Below, one piece after another: positions 1 through 7,974 of a stretch of DNA of 64,000 nucleotides. The translations under genes and the position numbers were made by a program. The notes under the pieces are model-generated. The model made no database searches and was not told the origin of the DNA. It was given only the letters and a program-made list of their open reading frames with translations. The stretch is from an uncultured Thermoproteaceae archaeon (lineage in GTDB: Archaea; Thermoproteota; Thermoprotei; Thermoproteales; Thermocladiaceae), in contig CAZNTG010000003.1 of the NCBI GenBank assembly GCA_964575955.1, positions 64,001-128,000 on the forward strand, read 5' to 3'. Every line of letters begins with the position of its first letter. The stretch's first letter is position 1.

Positions 1-1121
1 AATAGTATTAAATAAGAAGAACCATTAACAAAAGGTATAATATAGCTTAGCTCAAGTTTGTCTATTCCGGAGGTATTGAAGAGTATATCAACTTCGCCGT
101 CCGTGAATAGAGACCCAGAACATTCAAACGAATTTCCTGAAAGTGTACAACTTGAAAAACCTGTGTATGCTACTGATGCTATGCTGTTTAACTGAAGTGC
201 TTTAACCAACTCTATAGTGACGTTCCTTTCAAGTCTATTCTTAATACTTGAGTAAGAGTAGATATCTGTTCTATTAATGCAGATTCTCATGAGTCTAAAT
301 ACATTGCAATTCAATAATTCGTAAAATATATACTTCCCGTACATAGGTAGTAATCCTTCGTATGATATGTTTGTTAAATTACAATAATTTTCGCCTGAGT
401 ACGTCTGTACTATCGATGTATTGATAAAGTAATATTTCTCGTATCTTCCGTTGTATTTTGTTTCATTATAATTAGTGTAGGTTAGATAGTATAGATATGT
501 ACTATTATCTTCTAGGTATCTCAATATTGGTACATAATTTATACTTACATAATATACATCATACATTTCTCTGTATTTCTTTATGATGTCTTCGATATTT
601 TCAGTAGTTTCTCTATAAAGGTATGAGGTTATTGATAGTATTAGTGTATATTGAGTGTAGTTAGGTTCAGTCGCGTTCTCAACATTTAGCGCTATATAGT
701 TCTCTATATTGCTTGTATTCAAATATATAATGTACTTTCTAGATATACCATCTCTATACACTAACGTCAATATTAGAGAACTATTAGCTACACATGGAAT
801 TATAATTGTATCGTTTGTGTAGTTTATTACTACATTCACGATTTTTCTAATATCCTTGCCTGTTATGGTAATGTTAGTACAGTCGGCTATTCCTGTTGTT
901 ACATCTTCCATATTTCTTGATGTTGTTATGTATGTCTTTCCGAATTTTATTGTTAAGTTTTTTAATATCAATTTGTGTGGTATTATATCTATGCTTTGTA
1001 GTTTATTTTCTATACTTTTTCTGTAGTATGTGTATATCGTGTATAGTGATACTAGTAGTACTATTGCTAGTACTAGTATGAATATTCCAATTATGAGACT
1101 AAATTGTCCTCTATTATTCAT
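1..1121 (-). CDS. Type IV pilin-like / class III signal peptide protein (3' end runs off the window start)
   Basis: Not in the ORF track. ATG at 1121 reads MNNRG|QFSLIIGIFILVLAIVLLVSLYT, which is a basic leader, RG|Q prepilin cleavage motif and hydrophobic helix. The frame was open in the segments I translated down to position 1. Confidence 0.75.
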   Translation of the reverse strand, partial: MNNRGQFSLIIGIFILVLAIVLLVSLYTIYTYYRKSIENKLQSIDIIPHKLILKNLTIKFGKTYITTSRNMEDVTTGIADCTNITITGKDIRKIVNVVINYTNDTIIIPCVANSSLILTLVYRDGISRKYIIYLNTSNIENYIALNVENATEPNYTQYTLILSITSYLYRETTENIEDIIKKYREMYDVYYVSINYVPILRYLEDNSTYLYYLTYTNYNETKYNGRYEKYYFINTSIVQTYSGENYCNLTNISYEGLLPMYGKYIFYELLNCNVFRLMRICINRTDIYSYSSIKNRLERNVTIELVKALQLNSIASVAYTGFSSCTLSGNSFECSGSLFTDGEVDILFNTSGIDKLELSYIIPFVNGSSYLIL

Positions 1122-1181
1122 GTATATATCGTTAGTATATGTTGTGAGTGTTCAATTAAGTTTAGCTTCTCTATCTAGTAT

Positions 1182-1946
1182 ATGCATGGGGTTGCTTATG
1201 TTCGTGTGAGTACTGAAGATCAAGATCTAGATACTCAAATTCATGCTATTGAAGATTGGGCTTGTAAGAATGGTGTTAGTATTGTTAGGTGGTATTTTGA
1301 TCATGGTGTTAGTGGTGTTGTACCACTTATCGAACGTCCAGGTTTTAGAAGTTTGGTAGCTGAGATTGATAGTCTTAATCCTAGACCTAGCATATTGCTT
1401 GTGTACGATATTTCACGTATTGCTAGAAGTTTAAGAGAGCTTATACTTGCGTGGGATTTTATTGAAAATAAGCTTAATCTTGTACTAATACCTGTACGTG
1501 ATGTACATATGTTTAAACTTCCTGTAGAGTATAGAAATGTTCTTAGAGTTCTTCTTGCAACATTTGCAGAAATTGAACGTGAGCTTATTAGAAGAAGAAC
1601 TAGAGATGCTATGAAGAGATTGAAGAAGGAGGGTAAGATTGTCAATATTGTTGAGAGACTTGCTAAATCAAATCCTGAAGTTTTAGAGATGATTTGTAGA
1701 GATTTTGAGAGTGGTATTCCTAAGTATAGGATTTCTAAGAAGTTTAAATTAACAATGTATGCTGTTGAGAGAATTTTGAGAGAGTATTGTGGTTATAGTA
1801 ATGATGAGAGAATATGTCCGAGATGTATGCATTTTATGAATATTGAGAAGAGAGATGTAAATATTGAGGATGGTAGAGTAATAATCAGAATAGTTTACTA
1901 CTGTAAGAAGTGTGGTTATGTTAGAGAGGTTGTTAGAGGTGAATAA
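1182..1946 (+). CDS. Serine recombinase (resolvase/invertase family) with C-terminal HTH and Zn ribbon
   Basis: AYVRVST catalytic Ser motif, D-x-G-V-S-G, ERPGF, DISRIAR, AEIERELIRRRT; C-terminal CPRC...CKKC. Confidence 0.9.
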   Translation: MHGVAYVRVSTEDQDLDTQIHAIEDWACKNGVSIVRWYFDHGVSGVVPLIERPGFRSLVAEIDSLNPRPSILLVYDISRIARSLRELILAWDFIENKLNLVLIPVRDVHMFKLPVEYRNVLRVLLATFAEIERELIRRRTRDAMKRLKKEGKIVNIVERLAKSNPEVLEMICRDFESGIPKYRISKKFKLTMYAVERILREYCGYSNDERICPRCMHFMNIEKRDVNIEDGRVIIRIVYYCKKCGYVREVVRGE

Positions 1947-1993
1947 TATCGCTATTTCATTCCTAGGGTATTTATATCCTATGAGTCTGAGCT

Positions 1994-3112
1994 ATGAATG
2001 TGGAGATTAATGTGAAAGTGTTAAGAGAGACTGGAGAGATATTGGTAGAGCATTTAGAAGAGCCTTATGATTTAAAGATTTTTCAAGATGTTGATAAAGC
2101 TATACAATATCTTAAAGATGTTATTAGTAGAGCATTGAATTCATCGGAAGAACAACATTCACAATGTCTAGATAGTGATAATTCCTGTATTGTGAAGACT
2201 TGGTATATAAGATTTCCACCTGAGAGAATATTAAATATCTTAAGATTTGCATATCAGACAAAGATTGACGATGTTAAGAAGCTTCTAGATGAATATCTAA
2301 CAGTTGCAGGATTGAGTAAGTCTAATGCTAGAGTTATAACACCAACACTATCAGCATTAAGACTATCACTAGGTAATAAACTTACAGATATAGCATTGTC
2401 AGTTGGCAAATACTTGACAGAGAATATGATTGATAAAGCTGCAGATATACTATTTGAACAATCATTACTAAACTGCGTCTTGAGAGAGATATTTTCTGAA
2501 CTATACTCTACAGATACAAACACATTTCAAGAGTGTGTTAAGAAGATTCTCGAAAAGAAGGGATATTTGAGAAAGGATGAGCTTAACTATACTACAGACT
2601 TCATAAAATTTCTATATAGGAATAGTGTTAAATGTAGATGTTACGTTGTTAAAAATCTCTTTAAAAATTATCTATATGAGAAGAAGAGAGTTTATATAAA
2701 CTACATACCGAATGAGTGTCTTGTAGATATTGCAGAGATGCTTATTGAATACATAAAGATGTATAAGCCATACATACTTCAATCATTGATAGATCCTGTA
2801 AATTCTAGAGTTGATAGAGTTGAAATATATAGGAAAGATAGTATGCTCATAATATATGATAAGCATTGTGAAACATCTATTCAGGTAGTTCCTAAGGTTA
2901 TGATAACTAGAGATGTACTATATGCATCATTCTTAAGACAGGAGCTTGAGAAGATTAGAAGAGAATTGCAACAGAGATGTAGACAGAGTAAAGTTACATT
3001 CTTAATAACAATTTTAATACTTGTAAATGATGTATATACTAAAGCTAAACTTTACTTAGAACATGTTCTTAAAGATGAGCAAATATCGTCAAGAATAATA
3101 GACTTACCATAG
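1994..3112 (+). CDS. Hypothetical protein, possible winged-helix middle region
   Basis: 372 aa ORF with normal codon usage. The segment TPTLSALRLSLGNKLTDIA resembles a wHTH wing. Confidence 0.6.
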   Translation: MNVEINVKVLRETGEILVEHLEEPYDLKIFQDVDKAIQYLKDVISRALNSSEEQHSQCLDSDNSCIVKTWYIRFPPERILNILRFAYQTKIDDVKKLLDEYLTVAGLSKSNARVITPTLSALRLSLGNKLTDIALSVGKYLTENMIDKAADILFEQSLLNCVLREIFSELYSTDTNTFQECVKKILEKKGYLRKDELNYTTDFIKFLYRNSVKCRCYVVKNLFKNYLYEKKRVYINYIPNECLVDIAEMLIEYIKMYKPYILQSLIDPVNSRVDRVEIYRKDSMLIIYDKHCETSIQVVPKVMITRDVLYASFLRQELEKIRRELQQRCRQSKVTFLITILILVNDVYTKAKLYLEHVLKDEQISSRIIDLP

Positions 3113-3125
3113 TTTAACTATTTGA

Positions 3126-3836
3126 ATGTGTAGTATTGATAAGATTGAGAAAATTCCAAAACATATAGCTTTAACATTTCCAAGAACGTATTCTAGAGTA
3201 TTGTCTCAATGTAGTTTTTATAGAAATCCTATGAATAGGAGGTTATTGATATTTACATTAATTTCAGATATTTTGAAGATTATAACATACATTGTTGAGC
3301 ATGGTGTTGAGATTATTACAGTAGACTTCTTACCTAGAGATGTTATAGGTAAGTTAGGTATAGATTTGACATATGTTGAAAATATCTTGACAAGAGTTCT
3401 ATATAGGCTTAATAATGTTAATTCACAGATCGTTATTTTGGAGGATAGTTATACTGTTAGAAGAATATTTTTTGAACCTAGAGAAGGTTTTGTTAAGCTT
3501 AATATTGTTGTTGGTTATGATAGGGTGTTAGAGGTTGAGAGATCTATAGTGTTGCTGACTTTGAAGATTGGTGAGAAGATTTATGAGCATGGTGGTAAGG
3601 TTGATCTTTTAGATATTTATAATCTTTCTAGAGATTTTAGAGAATCTCTCATTATTCAGGAAGATCCTGACCTTATGATAGTTTTTGGTGATAAGATTTT
3701 TCCAAACTTCATACCTTTCAATCTTGCTTATAGTGAGCTTGTGTTTATTGATAAGGAGATTACACAGGTAGATAGGAAGGATATTGAGTACGCAATTTTA
3801 GAATATTCTAAGAGGTGTAGAAGATTTGGAAGATAA
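3126..3836 (+). CDS. cis-prenyltransferase-like protein, non-catalytic NgBR/Nus1-like type
   Basis: IPKHIAL, DPDLMIVFG, LAYSELVF and C-terminal YSKRCRRFGR are present; the catalytic DGNRR motif is absent. Confidence 0.8.
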   Translation: MCSIDKIEKIPKHIALTFPRTYSRVLSQCSFYRNPMNRRLLIFTLISDILKIITYIVEHGVEIITVDFLPRDVIGKLGIDLTYVENILTRVLYRLNNVNSQIVILEDSYTVRRIFFEPREGFVKLNIVVGYDRVLEVERSIVLLTLKIGEKIYEHGGKVDLLDIYNLSRDFRESLIIQEDPDLMIVFGDKIFPNFIPFNLAYSELVFIDKEITQVDRKDIEYAILEYSKRCRRFGR

Positions 3837-3869
3837 ATAATATATTTCTCGACATGTGAGACGTATAGT

Positions 3870-4199
3870 ATGTCTAGTCTTGGTTGTCATGTTGTTATCT
3901 TGGTAACAGTTCCAGATTTTGATACTGGTGTTAAGATTGGTAGAGCGTTAGTTGAGTCTAGACTTGTAGCATGTGTCAATATTGTTAGAGATGTTAAGAG
4001 TATATTCTTTTGGGAAGGTAAGGTTGATGAGGCAGTTGAGGCTCTTCTCATAATTAAGTCTAGACTTGACATGCTTGATAAGATTATTGAGAAGATTCGT
4101 CAACTTCATCCATATCAAGTTCCTGAGATTATTGCTATACCTATAGTTTATGGTTTTGAAAAATATTTGAGATGGATTGATGAGTCGATACAACATTAA
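3870..4199 (+). CDS. cutA: Divalent-cation tolerance protein CutA
   Basis: LVACVN, SIFFWEGKV, LHPYQVPEIIA motifs. Confidence 0.95.
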   Translation: MSSLGCHVVILVTVPDFDTGVKIGRALVESRLVACVNIVRDVKSIFFWEGKVDEAVEALLIIKSRLDMLDKIIEKIRQLHPYQVPEIIAIPIVYGFEKYLRWIDESIQH

Positions 4200-4223
4200 A
4201 TATTTGTAGTGTAGATCTACGTA

Positions 4224-5474
4224 ATGGCTAGATGTCTATTCATACTTCTAGATGGTGGTGCTGATAGACCTGTAAGACAGTACTACTACAAGACTCCTCT
4301 TGAAGTTGCTAGAAAACCCATGATTGATAGGTTAGCTGCTGAAGGTATGTGTGGAATAATGTATACAATATCTCCAGGTATTAGACCAGGCTCAGATACT
4401 GCACATCTAGCATTATTTGGCTATGATCCATATAGGTATTACAAGGGTAGAGGACCTTTTGAAGCTGCTGGTCTAGGTATGGATATTAGACCTGGAGATG
4501 TTGCTTTTAGAACAAATTTAGGAACTGTTGATGAGAATGGTATTGTTGTCGATAGGAGAGCTGGTAGATATTTTACTGAGGATGAGGTTAGAGAAATTGA
4601 GAGTATTGTAAGTGAGGTCTGTAATCAAATATCTAAGATGTTTAATGTAGAGATATTCTATAAACATGGAACAGAGCATAGAGGTGCACTAGTACTTAGA
4701 GGTGATGTTAGTCCTAAAGTATCTGACAATGATCCACATAAAGTTGGGCTACCAGTACAGCCATTTAAACCTCTTGAGGATGATGATAAGGCTAGGAGAA
4801 CTGCAGAAATTCTTAATACATTTGTAAAGATATTATCTGAAAAGCTTTCAAAAGCTAGTTTTAATGAGAAGAGGAGAAGAGAAGGTAGACCAATAGCGAA
4901 CATAATGTTAATTCGTGGTGGTGGTATATTACCGACAGATATAGAGCCGATATATAGGAGGTATAGGATAAGACCTGCAATGGTTGCAGGTATAGCACTT
5001 ATAAAAGGTATAGGTAAAGTACTAGGTTTCGATGTTATAGATGTACCAAACTACACAGGATCAAGAACAGACGACTTTAATAGAGCTATGGAGGAAGCTG
5101 TAAGAAAATTATCAACATACGACTTCGTATTTCTACATGTAAAACCAACAGACGCAGCAGGACATGACGGAGACTTTCAAGGTAAGGTAGACATAATAGA
5201 ACGTGTAGATAAGGCATTGAAATATGTTATAGATAAAATACCAAAAGACACATACATAGTAATAACATGCGACCACGCAACACCAATAACATTCAAAGAC
5301 CATACAGGAGACCCAGTACCCTTCCTAATACATGGACCAGACATATTGACAGACGACGTAGCAAAATTTACAGAGAGACAAGCATGTAAAGGAGCATTAG
5401 GAACAATAAGAGGAATAGACGTAATGAATATAATAGGAAACTACATGGGAATACTAGAAAAATTTGGAGAATGA
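4224..5474 (+). CDS. apgM: 2,3-bisphosphoglycerate-independent phosphoglycerate mutase
   Basis: LDGGADRP, PGSDTAHL, GRGPFEAAG, D-x-A-G-H-D-G, DHATP, HTGDPVP. Confidence 0.95.
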   Translation: MARCLFILLDGGADRPVRQYYYKTPLEVARKPMIDRLAAEGMCGIMYTISPGIRPGSDTAHLALFGYDPYRYYKGRGPFEAAGLGMDIRPGDVAFRTNLGTVDENGIVVDRRAGRYFTEDEVREIESIVSEVCNQISKMFNVEIFYKHGTEHRGALVLRGDVSPKVSDNDPHKVGLPVQPFKPLEDDDKARRTAEILNTFVKILSEKLSKASFNEKRRREGRPIANIMLIRGGGILPTDIEPIYRRYRIRPAMVAGIALIKGIGKVLGFDVIDVPNYTGSRTDDFNRAMEEAVRKLSTYDFVFLHVKPTDAAGHDGDFQGKVDIIERVDKALKYVIDKIPKDTYIVITCDHATPITFKDHTGDPVPFLIHGPDILTDDVAKFTERQACKGALGTIRGIDVMNIIGNYMGILEKFGE

Positions 5475-5519
5475 TGAACCCGAAGTTAGCAGAATAGTGA
5501 AGAGAAAGCCGAGTACTGA
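5471..5519 (+). ncRNA. Box C/D 2'-O-methylation guide sRNA
   Basis: C ATGATGA, 12 nt guide, D' CAGA, C' GTGAAGA, 12 nt guide, D CTGA. The C box contains the apgM stop codon. Confidence 0.85.
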
Positions 5520-5587
5520 CAAAATAGACTCTCCTAATTTAGTACTACTACGTAATATTTAAATATAGTTAAACGAAATATATAAAT

Positions 5588-7735
5588 ATGCCTCACTGTC
5601 TTAAATGTGCAATAGCAGTATTAATATTTGCACTTCTAGCACTATCATGTGCGTTTGCTATCACTATATCGCATCCTCATAGACAGGGTGTGGCTATACC
5701 GACAGAGATGGTTACTAAATTCAAAATAGTTGCAAATGAGACATTAATACCTTTTAACACAACGCATTTCTCTATATACGTCCTTACTAAGCCTCTAATG
5801 AATGTTTGGGATATAGCTAATGTACTTGAGGATGCTTATAGTAGAGTAATAGCTAAATACCAACTACCACCTCCCTGTGAAGGGAATAGATACATAGTAT
5901 ATATAAACCTCAATGGCTCCCCCGACTATCCGCTTACCTTTGTATGGGACTGGTTTTACGTATTCTCTTATAGAAATTCTTCGAACTATATATACAGCTA
6001 TTGTATTGATTACATGGTGTTTTCACCCTTCGTGACATTTTCAAGCGATTATTTCGAAAGCTATGTAGTTCAAGCTTTCCTAGACATGGTAGCCCTAAGC
6101 CATGTTAGATATACAAATATTCTTAATGAATTCTTAAATGGAAACTTATCATGGTACGACTATGCCTTAGATAATGTTTTAACATACCTAACATATAGAC
6201 CGTCATATACGGTATTTCTGTACAACGATGCGTTACACTTCATAAAGTATAATAAAACTTATCTCTATGGTCCTCTTCAGCTAAGTTCAGCATATTGGCC
6301 ATATTATGCAACAATAATGTACTATGTTGTGAAGAAGCTCGGTCCATCTTATCTGCTTAATATGCTCTCAAGACCCTCCCTCGAGAGTATACTAATGGAT
6401 GAAAGGTTCCTTAATGCACTAAAAGACTCATATGTTTCGTTAATGAGAGGTTTTGTACTCAATAAGTCTCTAGTTCCAAAGTTTAGAGATATAGGTACCG
6501 GCTCAACATATGTTAAAATATCGCCTCCAGATGCTCATTACTACGTATTTATGGGACCAGCAGGACGTTATACAATAAAGGTGCAGTATTTTGGTCCATT
6601 TAAGTCGTATATATACGTTGAAGGAAGGGGATACATTAGTAATGGTGACTCTGTATACTTAGAGCCTGGAACGAAGATTGTTGTAATATTCTTACCAACA
6701 AGCTTGGATGGCTGGATTACTAATACCACAGGAGTTATAAAGATTGTTAAGGCATATACTGCTGGACCAGTAACGGGTATGAGGGTTGTTGTTAAGGGTA
6801 TTAGTTTGCTTGTTGGTAGTGTTGGTGATGTTGATGTGTATCTTGTGAATGCGTCTAATGTTGCTGGTATTCGTTTAACATTGTGTTATAATCCTTATGT
6901 TATTAATGTTGTAAATGTTGTTCCTCTATACAATTTTGAGCTATTTACCAAGTCAGTAAATATGACTTGTGTAAAGATTGCTGGTATATCTAGTCAGCCG
7001 ATATCCGGAAGGTATGTACCAATTGTTAGGTTGGTTGTTAAGGGTATCTCTGTTGGTGTTAGTAAGATATGGGGCTATGCTACAATATCAACAGCATCTG
7101 GAGTTCCAATAAATGTCCCGGTAGTTCCAGGAGTTGTTAGAGTTGTAAGGTCAATGTGTAAGATAGTTCTAACTCCTGTTTCTACCATATCTGTAGGTTC
7201 TATTGGAAAGATAGGTATCTATCTAGTGAATTGCTCATCTGCAGCAGGTATAGACTTAGCATTAACAATTGTCTCTAATGTCACAACACTACAACCAATA
7301 TTGAAGTTTATAAAATTTGAGAAAGGTCAATTTGTCACGATAGTTAATGGCTTTGTACAAGTATCTATTCACGATAATACTATCCATATAGTGATTGCTG
7401 GTTCTAGACCATGCGGTATGAGTAGAGTATTGATAGGGTATGTAGACGTTAAAGCACTATCATCAGGAACTGTAACCATAGTGGGCAATGGAACAGTATC
7501 AACATACTCCGGAGAAGTCATTCCCGTACTAGTTACTCCACTAACGTTGAAAATATCTAAAGTCTTAATGTGTGATTTCAATCATAATGGTAGGCTTGAT
7601 ATTGGTGATGTTGTTCTTGCTCTTAGAACTTTGTTAGGAACATACCACAGTAATGTACCATGCGATCTAAACCACAACGGAAAACTAGACATAGGAGACA
7701 TAGTACTCCTACTAAGAAAACTACTAGGAAGCTAA
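5588..7735 (+). CDS. Secreted protein with two cohesin-like domains and a C-terminal dockerin
   Basis: N-terminal signal peptide; two beta-rich repeats (VYLVNASNVAGIRLTLCYNP / IYLVNCSSAAGIDLAL); duplicated Ca-binding loop-helix CDFNHNGRLDIGDVV and CDLNHNGKLDIGDIV. Confidence 0.85.
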   Translation: MPHCLKCAIAVLIFALLALSCAFAITISHPHRQGVAIPTEMVTKFKIVANETLIPFNTTHFSIYVLTKPLMNVWDIANVLEDAYSRVIAKYQLPPPCEGNRYIVYINLNGSPDYPLTFVWDWFYVFSYRNSSNYIYSYCIDYMVFSPFVTFSSDYFESYVVQAFLDMVALSHVRYTNILNEFLNGNLSWYDYALDNVLTYLTYRPSYTVFLYNDALHFIKYNKTYLYGPLQLSSAYWPYYATIMYYVVKKLGPSYLLNMLSRPSLESILMDERFLNALKDSYVSLMRGFVLNKSLVPKFRDIGTGSTYVKISPPDAHYYVFMGPAGRYTIKVQYFGPFKSYIYVEGRGYISNGDSVYLEPGTKIVVIFLPTSLDGWITNTTGVIKIVKAYTAGPVTGMRVVVKGISLLVGSVGDVDVYLVNASNVAGIRLTLCYNPYVINVVNVVPLYNFELFTKSVNMTCVKIAGISSQPISGRYVPIVRLVVKGISVGVSKIWGYATISTASGVPINVPVVPGVVRVVRSMCKIVLTPVSTISVGSIGKIGIYLVNCSSAAGIDLALTIVSNVTTLQPILKFIKFEKGQFVTIVNGFVQVSIHDNTIHIVIAGSRPCGMSRVLIGYVDVKALSSGTVTIVGNGTVSTYSGEVIPVLVTPLTLKISKVLMCDFNHNGRLDIGDVVLALRTLLGTYHSNVPCDLNHNGKLDIGDIVLLLRKLLGS

Positions 7736-7805
7736 CTATCTAAAAACTAACCTTCCTCTAAAAACCCCTCCTTAAACAATATATTTTTTACATATCTTAG
7801 TTCTA

Positions 7806-7855
7806 TCAGCTGTAATACCATTCTTCATTTGTTCGGGGGTCGGGGTATTCATCAT
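7806..7855 (-). ncRNA. Box C/D guide sRNA
   Basis: The minus strand reads ATGATGA-ataccccgaccc-CCGA-acaa-ATGAAGA-atggtattacag-CTGA and is intergenic. Confidence 0.85.
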
Positions 7856-7974
7856 CGTGTACGTATTTAAATATCCTACATTTAATATATTTCGTGCATT
7901 TATAGTTCTCTTCTTCCTGTTTCTGTGCAGGGGGTTTATATGTGTTTCAGGTAAGATATTTTTGAGGGTCTTAA

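Noticed and set aside
1050-1078. Near-palindrome tactagta...tactagta close to the recombinase, as a possible recombination site
   Set aside because: It lies in Leu/Val codons (cta gta) of the signal helix, and I saw no second copy
896-1081. 61 aa hydrophobic ORF on the + strand
   Set aside because: Antisense shadow of the pilin-like gene on the minus strand
1182-3112. IS607-type element (TnpA + TnpB)
   Set aside because: The recombinase has no N-terminal MerR-like HTH, and the downstream ORF lacks RuvC and Zn-finger TnpB motifs
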